NCBI GenBank assembly: GCA_963718735.1 | Contig: OY970372.1 | Location: 1,796,366-1,860,365, forward strand | Length of the DNA stretch: 64,000 nucleotides | Direction of reading: 5' to 3' | From: an uncultured Solirubrobacterales bacterium | Lineage (GTDB): Bacteria; Actinomycetota; Thermoleophilia; Solirubrobacterales; Solirubrobacteraceae | Shown here: piece by piece, positions 19,655 through 27,729 of the stretch | How the letters are laid out: every line of letters starts with the position of its first letter | How positions within the stretch are numbered: the stretch's first letter is position 1 | Made by a program: the position numbers and the translations under genes | Notes under the pieces: model-generated | Databases searched by the model: none | Told to the model about the DNA's origin: nothing | The model's input: the letters and a program-made list of their open reading frames with translations, nothing else

Positions 19655-20526
19655 GGCTTTGGCCCATCTGACTCGTGGGGCGTGGCGCCCCGCGAGAGGG
19701 ATCCCCCACGCGCCGGAGAAGAGCCCGAAGAATGCCCCTCGCTCGCGGCGGGAGGAGCGAGAAAGTGCGAGACGATCCGCGCAAACCTGGCGGGCTGGTC
19801 GAGGTAGCTGTAGTGGCCGGCGCCGTCGAGCACCACCAGACCGGCGTCGGGAATCAGACGCTCCATCTCTCGCGCGGCCGACAGGGGGGTGTCGGCGTCC
19901 TGCGAGCCCCATACGAGCAGCGTGGGGACCGCGATCCCGGGCATGAACGAGCGCAGGTCGGCGTTGACGAGCTTGACGAGCGTGGGCCGCAGGGGACCGG
20001 CGGCGGCATAGTCGGCCGAAGCGGCTCGGCCCACGAGCAGCGAGCGCAGGCGCTCGCCCGGAGCTCCCAGGAAGCGTGCCGCATACTTGCCGACCTTCGC
20101 CATCCCCACGCGGCGATACCAGCGCAGGGTGCGCTTCGGCCTGATCCCGGCTGAGTCGACGAGCACGAGTCGCGACACACGCTGCGGCTCGGTCGAGGCC
20201 ATCCGGATCGCGATGCGCCCGCCGTTGGAGTGACCGACGATCGCAGCGCGCTCGATCGCGAGCGAGTCCATGAACGCCGCGACGAACGCTTGATAGTCCT
20301 CCACCCCCCACGGCGTCGGCGGCAACTCGGTCTCGCCGAAGCCGGGCAAGTCGAGCGCATAGACCGTGGCCACCGACGACAGACCCGTCACGATCGGATA
20401 GACCGCCTCGATGTTGGCTCCCCAGCCATGAAGCACGAGCACGGGCGGGCCGGAGCCGAGCACCAGCCAGCGCGTGCGCAGACCGAGGACCGAGGCGAGT
20501 TGGGTGGAGAGACCGGACGATGGCAT
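19651..20526 (-). CDS. Alpha/beta-fold hydrolase
   Basis: LHGWG oxyanion motif, DLPGFG, nucleophile GHSNGG, WGSQDADTP and GAGHY. Confidence 0.9.
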   Translation of the reverse strand: MPSSGLSTQLASVLGLRTRWLVLGSGPPVLVLHGWGANIEAVYPIVTGLSSVATVYALDLPGFGETELPPTPWGVEDYQAFVAAFMDSLAIERAAIVGHSNGGRIAIRMASTEPQRVSRLVLVDSAGIRPKRTLRWYRRVGMAKVGKYAARFLGAPGERLRSLLVGRAASADYAAAGPLRPTLVKLVNADLRSFMPGIAVPTLLVWGSQDADTPLSAAREMERLIPDAGLVVLDGAGHYSYLDQPARFARIVSHFLAPPAASEGHSSGSSPARGGSLSRGATPHESDGPKP

Positions 20527-20670
20527 ACGAGACGGCGCCGCGGGAGACGCGAACGGTCGCGGGGGCGCCGCCTAACGGTATTCGCTACGACCTACGGACC
20601 GATCTGTCCCGATCTTGCCTGCTGGCCGGGAATCGCGGAGCGGCAGCCACCTCCGCTCGCTCGATCTGCT

Positions 20671-20695
20671 AATCTTCATAAACTTGATCGAGAAT
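20671..20695. promoter_or_regulatory. AT-rich imperfect 25-bp palindrome, candidate operator of the amidohydrolase-CDO operon
   Basis: AATCTTCATAAACTTGATCGAGAAT matches its reverse complement at 16 of 24 paired positions and ends 14 nt before the ATG at 20710. Confidence 0.4.
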
Positions 20696-20709
20696 CTGGA
20701 GATTATCCC

Positions 20710-21678
20710 ATGAAGACCGACATTCACCAACATCTGTGGAGCGAGCCGCTGGTGGAGGCGCTCTCGCGGCGGCACGAGCTGCCATTCGTGCGCCGCGAGC
20801 AGGGCCTCACCGTGCTGTTCGGAGCCGGAGAGCGACCATACGTGGTGGACCTCGACGGCGAAGCCGCGGCGAGCCGAGCCGACCTCGTCGAGCGCGATGG
20901 CCTCGATCGCGCGCTCGTGTGCCTGTCCAGCCCGATCGGCGTCGAGCCGCTGCCCCGACCGCATGCGATCGAGTTGATCGACGCCTACCTCGAGGGAGCG
21001 CTGGCGCTGGGCGAGCCGTTCGGCGTGTGGGGAGCGCTCGCGCTCGACGGCCTGGACCCTGACGACGTCGATCGGACGCTCGAGCGCGGCTGTGTCGGCA
21101 TATCGCTACCAGCGGGAGCGCTCGCGAGCGTCGAGGAGCTCGCAGGGGTCTCGCCGGCGCTCGCGCGCCTGCAGAGCCGTGGAGCACCGCTGTTCATCCA
21201 CCCTGGACCAGGCGCGCGACGACCGATCGTGACCGAGAGCTCGTTCGGCGACCCTCTGTGGTGGCCGGCGCTGACGCGCTACGTCGCCGAGATGCAAGCG
21301 GCGTGGCTGGTTTGGATGACTTCGGCGCGCCGGCTGTTCCCGCAGCTGCGCGTGATCTTCGCGATGCTCGCCGGGCTCGCCCCGCTGCAAGCGGAGCGAC
21401 TGCTCTCACGAGGCGGCCCCGCCATCCGCAAGGCCGACCCGCTGATCTTCTACGAGACCTCCTCCTACGGGCCGCGCGCCGTGAGCGTGATGGAGCGTCT
21501 CGTGGGAGTCGACCAGCTCGTCTATGGCTCGGACAGGCCGGTCGTGGACCCGCATGGCCAGGGCGTGCAGGGAGCGCTCTCGAGCGTTCGCGGCGTGCGC
21601 GGAGTGCTCAACTGGGAGCAGCTCACCGGCAGCGTCGAGCGGGCCGTCGGGCGCGTGATCGACGGGGCGAGCCTATGA
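20710..21678 (+). CDS. Amidohydrolase_2 family protein
   Basis: DIHQH (HxH), FIHPGP and YGSDRP metal-site motifs. Confidence 0.75.
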   Translation: MKTDIHQHLWSEPLVEALSRRHELPFVRREQGLTVLFGAGERPYVVDLDGEAAASRADLVERDGLDRALVCLSSPIGVEPLPRPHAIELIDAYLEGALALGEPFGVWGALALDGLDPDDVDRTLERGCVGISLPAGALASVEELAGVSPALARLQSRGAPLFIHPGPGARRPIVTESSFGDPLWWPALTRYVAEMQAAWLVWMTSARRLFPQLRVIFAMLAGLAPLQAERLLSRGGPAIRKADPLIFYETSSYGPRAVSVMERLVGVDQLVYGSDRPVVDPHGQGVQGALSSVRGVRGVLNWEQLTGSVERAVGRVIDGASL

Positions 21679-22256
21679 CATCGAGCTTCCTCGACATACC
21701 ACGTCCCCGCGCTCGCAATCTGTGCGGCGAGGAGCTCCAAGCGTACGTCTGCGAGTTGGCCGAGAGCTCGGAGCTGTGGATCGGGCTGGTCAAGCACGAT
21801 CACACCCAGCGCGTGTACGAGGAGCTGTTCAGCGACGACTACCTCACGGCGTGGTTGATCTGCTGGATGGAGGATCACGACACCGGCTTTCACGACCACG
21901 ACATCTCGTGCGGAGCCGTCGCGGTGGTCAGCGGATGCGTGCGTGAGGAGCGCCTGACGCTCGACGGGCCTCGCACGCACAGGTTGGTGAGGGCAGGCCA
22001 GAGCTTCAACTTCTCCGCGGCGGACATCCACCGCGTACGCCATACGGGCAGTGCCCCGGCGGTCACGCTGCACGTCTACTCGCCGCCGTTGCTGAGCATG
22101 GGCGCGTACGTCGTCGACGAAGATGGCCGCCTCGAGCGCCAGACGATCCCCTCCAGCGAGGAGCTGAAGCCGCTGGAGGTCCCACCCGAGGTCCGCGCCC
22201 GGTCGCGCGAGATCGTCGCGCCGCGGCAGCTCAGCCAAGCTCGCCACACCGTGTAG
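21675..22256 (+). CDS. Cysteine dioxygenase (thiol dioxygenase) family cupin
   Basis: TGFHDH, DIHRV and TLHVYSPPL. ATGA overlap with the amidohydrolase. Confidence 0.88.
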   Translation: MTSSFLDIPRPRARNLCGEELQAYVCELAESSELWIGLVKHDHTQRVYEELFSDDYLTAWLICWMEDHDTGFHDHDISCGAVAVVSGCVREERLTLDGPRTHRLVRAGQSFNFSAADIHRVRHTGSAPAVTLHVYSPPLLSMGAYVVDEDGRLERQTIPSSEELKPLEVPPEVRARSREIVAPRQLSQARHTV

Positions 22257-22268
22257 CCTCTAGAGGGT

Positions 22269-23054
22269 ATGCGCAAGCTGCTCTTGATGGCGATGCTGGC
22301 CTGCCTGGCGCTCGTCGCTCTCGATCTCCCGGCGGCGGCGTCCGCACAGCCGGCGGTCACGGTGAAAGCGAAGATCGTGCCGATCCCGATCGACCCCAGC
22401 TCGCCGAACAGCCCCACATATCCGGGCACGGGCAACATCCTCGGCGCCGGGGCGGCGCTCGAAGCGACGCTCAGCATCAGCGGAACGGAATACGGCGGCT
22501 TTCCCTCCCCGGTGACCAGGGTCGTCGTGGAGCTGCCCGCCGGCGTAAAGCTGCACCCGCAGGCCTTCACCACCTGCCCTGTCGCGATCCTCGAAAGCCA
22601 CGAAGTGCAGAAGTGCCCTAAGCGCTCGAGAGCCGGCCCCACAGGCGAAGTGCTGGGAGTTGTCAGCTTCGGCGGGACACGCGTGCAGGAGAAAGCCACC
22701 ATCCAGGCATTCTTCGCGCCGGGCGGAGGACTGGCCTTCTACACCGAAGGCACCTCCCCCGCGGAGCTGGAAGTGCTGGCCACCGGCAGCTTCTCCACCG
22801 CCCCGCCGCCATTCGGCCCAAAGCTCACGGTGCCCGTACCGCTCGTGGAAACGGTCCCCGGCGCCCCCTACGCGTCGGTGCTTACGATCAAGGGCAAGGT
22901 GGGCGCCGCCGTCAAGCGCGGCAAAAAATTGATCTCCTACGGCACCGTCCCCAAGAAGTGCCCGAAGGGCGGCTTCAAAGGCCGCGTCGAAATCACATTC
23001 CTCAGCGGCGAAACGGTCACGATCGAGCCGACCGTGCCCTGCCCGAAGCGCTGA
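22269..23054 (+). CDS. Secreted beta-rich hypothetical protein with 4 Cys
   Basis: Sec signal MRKLLLMAMLACLALVALDLPAAASA. Mature domain carries TTCP...KCP and KKCPKGG...PCPKR. Confidence 0.75.
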   Translation: MRKLLLMAMLACLALVALDLPAAASAQPAVTVKAKIVPIPIDPSSPNSPTYPGTGNILGAGAALEATLSISGTEYGGFPSPVTRVVVELPAGVKLHPQAFTTCPVAILESHEVQKCPKRSRAGPTGEVLGVVSFGGTRVQEKATIQAFFAPGGGLAFYTEGTSPAELEVLATGSFSTAPPPFGPKLTVPVPLVETVPGAPYASVLTIKGKVGAAVKRGKKLISYGTVPKKCPKGGFKGRVEITFLSGETVTIEPTVPCPKR

Positions 23055-23129
23055 GTCTTTTGGAGGACACTCGATCCTCCATCCACTACGACGGCCTTAC
23101 TCATAGCTCTCGCATATCTTTCGCGCTGC

Positions 23130-23150
23130 TCCGTCAACGGTCCGTCAACG
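23130..23150. repeat. Direct repeat TCCGTCAACG x2 (11-bp period), possible integrase arm-type sites at an island edge
   Basis: Exact copies at 23130-23139 and 23141-23150. Function is inferred. Confidence 0.5.
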
Positions 23151-23730
23151 CTGGCGAGACTCAATTCCGTCACTGTCGACGAGACTCGCTGATAGCCTGG
23201 TGCGGTTTGTGAATTCCATGCTGCGGTCGACCAGCTCCTGACGTAATTCAAGCTCCTCTTCGGCGAGGCTCTCATTCAAAATGACGATCGTCAGGACGTC
23301 GACCGACCTGTCGGGCACTAATTCACCCAACGACACGATGCGACCGCCTTGGTAGTCGGACAAGACGCCTGCCGCGTCGAGCGAGACTATTTCCCGCTCC
23401 TCGAGAGAGCGAGACGCGTAGATTTTTCTGCACCCTGTGCTTGAAGCCGGAGGCGAACCAGCCAGTGAAGTTACCGCCGGGCCATGTCTCAACCGATCGG
23501 ATCAACTGGAGGTTGGCCTCGGCCCTTGCTTCCTCGCGATCGAGCCCAGCGAAGAACGGCGCGGCGATCGTCCTGCCGATGTAATGCTGTCTGAGCCGCC
23601 AGGCGCTCGCAGCAACGTGGGCATCCGCATCCAGCGAGCGCGTTCGCGCGCGCCGTTCGTGCCTGTGGCGGGACCGGGACCCGGCATACGACCGTTCGCC
23701 GATCCGCTCGCCTACGCTGCTCGGCGGCGA
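23145..23730 (-). pseudogene. Degenerate sigma-70-like gene fragment
   Basis: LDREEARAEANLQLIRSVETWPGGNFTGWF resembles region 2. After a frameshift at the A5 run near 23424-23428 comes EIVSLD...SLGELVPDRSVD, resembling the region 3-4 linker. No clear start and no region-4 HTH. Confidence 0.35.
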
Positions 23731-23989
23731 AGCCAGCGATCACGCGCCGCGCGTCTCCGCCGGCAATCGAGAGACGTCGACTGGCCAGCGCCTGCGTGCA
23801 GTCGACTGCGAAGACCGAGGCCCACTGGCCTTCAGGAGGGGCGTGAACGGACAGGGCCGCGTGTCCGGCGACGACGTCGCAGCAGTCCGTGTTTGCCGGC
23901 CCAACTCTCCGCGTCTGCCACGCTATCATTCCACGTTTGCCACATTCTTATTCCGTATCTGACCACGCCCGGTTGTAGGATCACTGGAA

Positions 23990-25216
23990 GTGATTGAACG
24001 CCGGATACGCCCTCTGATCGGCGAGTCGCTCAGCGACACGCGGGTCGTGATGGTCATGGGCGCGCGGCAGGTCGGCAAGAGCACGCTCTGCGAGGCGATC
24101 GCCGCCCAGGAACAGCGTCCCACGGTCAGCATGGACGATCAGGGCGCGCGAGCTGGCGCGGTCGCGGACCCTGCCGGCTTCCTCGCAGGCTTCGACGGCC
24201 CGGTCTTCATAGACGAGGTCCAGCGCGTCCCCGAGCTAATCCTCCCGATCAAGCAGATCGTGGATCGCGAACAGCAGCCGGGAAGGTTCCTGCTCAGCGG
24301 GTCCGCGAACATCCTGAGCTCGCGCAAGGTGCAGGAGGCACTCACCGGACGGATCGAGCTGCTGCGGCTCTCGCCGCTCGCGCAGGCCGAGATCGAGAGC
24401 GCCGAGGGCAACCTCGTCGACGCGCTGTTCGCTGCCTCCCCGCCGCGCATCCAGCGCGCCCCGATCGGCAGAGCCGCCTTCGCGGACAGGATCGCCGCAG
24501 GCGGCTACCCGGAGGCGCGCGATCGCACCGGCCGGCGGCGCGACCACTGGTACGCCAACTACCTGACGACGACCTTCGAGCGAGACTTGCAGGCGATCGC
24601 CGACCTGCACAAGGAGCACGAAATGCTGCGGCTGCTCTCGCTGCTGGCGACACGCTCAGGCAACCTGTTGCGCTACGCCAACGTTGCCGACGCGCTCGAC
24701 CTGGACGGGAAGACCGTCAAGAGCTACATAGGGCTGCTGGAAGCCATCTTTCTCGTGCGTCGGATTCCCGCGTGGCGGCCAGGGTTCCTGCAGCGTGTGC
24801 TTCAGGCCCCGAAGGTCTATGTCACCGACAGCGGCCTGCTGGCGCACCTGCTGGGCGCGGACGAGCGCAGGATCGCCGAGGACGACCGTGTCACCGGCAT
24901 CGCGCTGGAGACGTTCGCCGCGATGGAGATTCTCAAGCTCGTCAGCTGGAGTGAGGTAGAGCCGCGGGTCTATCACTTCCGTGATCGCCGCGGCACGGAG
25001 GTAGACCTCGTGCTGGAGGACCGCGCAGGACGGATCGTGGCGATCGAGATCAAGGCGAAGGTGTCGCTCTCAGGCGATGACACCAAGGGTCTCGTCAAGC
25101 TCAGGGATGCGCTCGCCGACCAATTCCTCGCCGGCGTGGTCCTGCACGCGGGCGAGCAGACACTGCCACTCGGCGACCGCCTGTGGGCCATACCCGTCAG
25201 CGGGCTATGGGCTTGA
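23990..25216 (+). CDS. AAA_14 ATPase with C-terminal DUF4143 (PD-(D/E)xK-like) domain
   Basis: GARQVGKS, FIDEVQ, LSGS, GGYPE, PKVYVTDSGL and EVDLVLE...AIEIKA. Confidence 0.9.
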   Translation: MIERRIRPLIGESLSDTRVVMVMGARQVGKSTLCEAIAAQEQRPTVSMDDQGARAGAVADPAGFLAGFDGPVFIDEVQRVPELILPIKQIVDREQQPGRFLLSGSANILSSRKVQEALTGRIELLRLSPLAQAEIESAEGNLVDALFAASPPRIQRAPIGRAAFADRIAAGGYPEARDRTGRRRDHWYANYLTTTFERDLQAIADLHKEHEMLRLLSLLATRSGNLLRYANVADALDLDGKTVKSYIGLLEAIFLVRRIPAWRPGFLQRVLQAPKVYVTDSGLLAHLLGADERRIAEDDRVTGIALETFAAMEILKLVSWSEVEPRVYHFRDRRGTEVDLVLEDRAGRIVAIEIKAKVSLSGDDTKGLVKLRDALADQFLAGVVLHAGEQTLPLGDRLWAIPVSGLWA

Positions 25217-25396
25217 GGAACCCAAGCGCGCGAAGAAACTCCACAGTGCGAGGCACTGAGCCTAGCCGGGGCAGAATGACAGCGGCTCCGGCAGTACGAC
25301 GCTGTAGCCCAATGCCGAACTTCGCCGCCCCTGCACCGTGGCAGTTGCTTCTCTCTACGGACTCTGTTGTGCCTCGGTACGATGCTGGAGCTGTAT

Positions 25397-25470
25397 GCCG
25401 ACGTAGCTCAGATGGCCAGAGCACCGCTCTCGTAAAGCGGGGGTCGCCGGTTCGACTCCGGCCGTCGGCT
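25397..25470 (+). tRNA. tRNA-Thr(CGT), intact, CCA not encoded
   Basis: Full cloverleaf: GCCGACG/CGTCGGC acceptor, GCTC/GAGC D-stem, CCGCT-CTCGTAA-AGCGG anticodon arm, GCCGG-TTCGACT-CCGGC T-arm. TACGAT -10-like hexamer at 25378-25383. Confidence 0.95.
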
Positions 25471-25622
25471 CTCGATTTTTCTGCCGCTGTGGTACCGGAC
25501 GGACCGTGTATTCTTTGTCCGTAGCTGTCCTTATCTGACCGCACACGGAAGGGGTGCCTTTCGAGCTATCAAGCCAAAAAACGGCTCTAGCTTGCGGTTT
25601 CCCTCCCCCTCCCAGCGAGCGC

Positions 25623-25660
25623 TTACGAGTGAAGTGCTCTACCAGCTGAGCTACGTCGGC
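25623..25660 (-). pseudogene. 5' half of a different tRNA-Thr(CGT), ending exactly at the anticodon loop (att-like scar)
   Basis: Minus strand reads GCCGACGTAGCTCAGCTGGTAGAGCACTTCACTCGTAA then non-tRNA sequence, with no TGAAG stem partner. TAGCAT -10-like hexamer at 25676-25671. Confidence 0.85.
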
Positions 25661-25741
25661 GCGGCCATGGATGCTAGCGGGGGGTCGGGCGGGGTCGGCG
25701 CTCTCGAGCACATGTGACGGTGGGTTAGCTGAGGCGCTTGC

Positions 25742-27643
25742 TCACAGCTCCGCAAGCGCTTGCAGCAGCGACTCGCCGTGGCGCTCGCAGAAGGTCGGGC
25801 CGATGCCCTTGACCTCGATCAGCTCTTGGAGGTTCGCGGGTCTGGCGCGCAGCACGCCTTCGAGCGCGGTGTTGGCCGCCACCGTGTAGGCGGGCTTGCC
25901 TTCGCTGCGACCCATTCGCCATGCCTTGAGCTTCTCGAAGTGGCTTTCCTCGACAGGGTCGAGCACGATCTCCTCGGCGTTCCAGGGCCGATTGGTCGTG
26001 TGCGCGCCCTCGTCGCCTGGCGTGCCGGCGATCCCGTAGCCGCCCGCTTCCGGGACGATCCGGTCGCCGGCGCCCCACGCGGAGCGCGCGCCGCGCGTCC
26101 TGCGCGCCACCGGCATCGCGCGGCGCGAGGCCTCCACCAGCTCGGAGTCCGGCTCGCATACGTCACAGCAGCGAACGTCGGGCGCACAGGGCTCGTCGTC
26201 GCCAAAATGGTCGAGGATCTGGCGACGGCGGCATGTCTGGCCGCTGGAGATGAAGCGCTCGATCGAGCGGTATGAATCCCAGCCACGATCCCTGGCGGCC
26301 TTGATCGCCTCGTAGGCCTTGCGCGGGCTGCCGGCGCCGGTGAGGCGGGCCAGCAGCCCTTCGGGGCCGCCCGGCTGGAGCTGCACGGCGCCGGCTCGCT
26401 CGGCGATCGACAACAGCACGCGTTCGCGCTCGTCGAGCTCTCCGTGCCCGATCGCGGCGACCCCTTCCTCGGCGCGGACCCGTAGCCGCGCCACGTAGCG
26501 CTTCACGTCATCGACGCTCGTCTCGCGCTCCTTGATGAACCTGATCAGACGGCCCAGGTCCATCCGCGACGCGAGCAGCAGCGCCCGTCCAGGCCGGCCG
26601 TCGCGCCCGCCACGACCAGCCTCCTGGTAGTAGGCCTCGAGGCTGGTGGGCACCGCCCAATGCACGACGGTTCGGACGTCCGCCTTATCGACCCCCATCC
26701 CAAACGCGTTGGTCGCCACGACCACCTCGGCCTGCCCGCCCATGAACGCATCCTGGCTCGCGCGACGCGCCTCGGGCGCCATCCCGGCGTGGTAGCCGAC
26801 CACGCGCAGCCCTCGCTCGGCGAGCAGCTCCGCGACCTCGGCGGTCTGCTTGCGGGTGCCGCAATAGACGATCGCGGGGCGCGCATCCTCGCGCGCGAGC
26901 GCATGCAGCAACGTCGCGCGCTTGCGCGCGACGGCCCCCTTGCCCTCCAGGCCGACGACGTCGAAGGTGAGGTTGGGACGGTCGAACCCAGAGCGAACCG
27001 CCAGCCAGTCGCGCAAGCCGAGCCGAGCGGCGATCTCCTCGGCGACGCGCGGGGTGGCGGTCGCGGTCGCCGCCATCACCGCCGGGCGGGGCGGGCGGGC
27101 GGCAAGTGATTCGATCGCATCGTGCAGGCGCAGATAGTCGGGACGGAAGTCGTGGCCCCACTCGGCCACGCAGTGGGCCTCGTCCACCACGAAGAGTCCC
27201 ACCTTGCGCGTGGCGAGCGTCTCGCGGAACGCGCGCGAGGCGAAGCGCTCGGGGGCGGCCAGCACGAGTGAGGCCTCGCCGGAGGAGATCGAGCGCAGCG
27301 CCTGCGCGTTGTGCCCCTCCTCCATCCCCGAAGCGAGCATCGCCGCGCTCACCCCCGCCCGCTCCAGGCGCCTGCGCTGGTCGGCCATCAGCGCGATCAA
27401 AGGGCTGACGACCACGACCAGCTCCTCGCCCGCGAGCGCCGGCAACTGGTAGCACAGCGACTTGCCCCCGCCCGTAGGCATCACGACGAGGCTGTCGCGC
27501 CCTTCAAGCGCCGCTTGCACGGCCTCCCGCTGGCCCGGTCTGAACGCCTGCAGGCCAAAGCGCTCGAGCAGCTGCTCGGGGGTCGCGCGCGTGGGAGCCT
27601 CGCGCTCACACGTCTGGGTCTGCTGCCGATGCACCACTGGCAA
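25742..27643 (-). CDS. recQ: RecQ-family ATP-dependent DNA helicase with Zn module and HRDC
   Basis: MPTGGGKSLCYQ, VDEAH, WGHDFRP, ATNAFGMGVD, QEAGRGGR, CRR...CCDVC and a C-terminal HRDC (VKGIGP). Confidence 0.93.
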   Translation of the reverse strand: MPVVHRQQTQTCEREAPTRATPEQLLERFGLQAFRPGQREAVQAALEGRDSLVVMPTGGGKSLCYQLPALAGEELVVVVSPLIALMADQRRRLERAGVSAAMLASGMEEGHNAQALRSISSGEASLVLAAPERFASRAFRETLATRKVGLFVVDEAHCVAEWGHDFRPDYLRLHDAIESLAARPPRPAVMAATATATPRVAEEIAARLGLRDWLAVRSGFDRPNLTFDVVGLEGKGAVARKRATLLHALAREDARPAIVYCGTRKQTAEVAELLAERGLRVVGYHAGMAPEARRASQDAFMGGQAEVVVATNAFGMGVDKADVRTVVHWAVPTSLEAYYQEAGRGGRDGRPGRALLLASRMDLGRLIRFIKERETSVDDVKRYVARLRVRAEEGVAAIGHGELDERERVLLSIAERAGAVQLQPGGPEGLLARLTGAGSPRKAYEAIKAARDRGWDSYRSIERFISSGQTCRRRQILDHFGDDEPCAPDVRCCDVCEPDSELVEASRRAMPVARRTRGARSAWGAGDRIVPEAGGYGIAGTPGDEGAHTTNRPWNAEEIVLDPVEESHFEKLKAWRMGRSEGKPAYTVAANTALEGVLRARPANLQELIEVKGIGPTFCERHGESLLQALAEL

Positions 27644-27729
27644 GCTACCCCCCGCTCCGGGCGGTACTCGGCGCGTTCCGAAAAACGCACACCCCCCGCG
27701 GGGGGACCTCCTCGGAAGCTATCGCCAGC

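Noticed and set aside
15775-20526. van-type glycopeptide resistance cluster
   Set aside because: No VanH, VanX or VanY-like genes, and neither ligase shows the VanA/B omega-loop sequence.
23061-23081. Hairpin TGGAGGA-N7-TCCTCCA as intrinsic terminator
   Set aside because: No U-tract follows on either strand. Plausible but unsupported.
25470-25623. Group I intron or split-tRNA explanation for the tRNA half
   Set aside because: No matching 3' exon (TGAAG stem, T-arm) follows on the minus strand, and the gap is short and ends in the antisense of the other tRNA.
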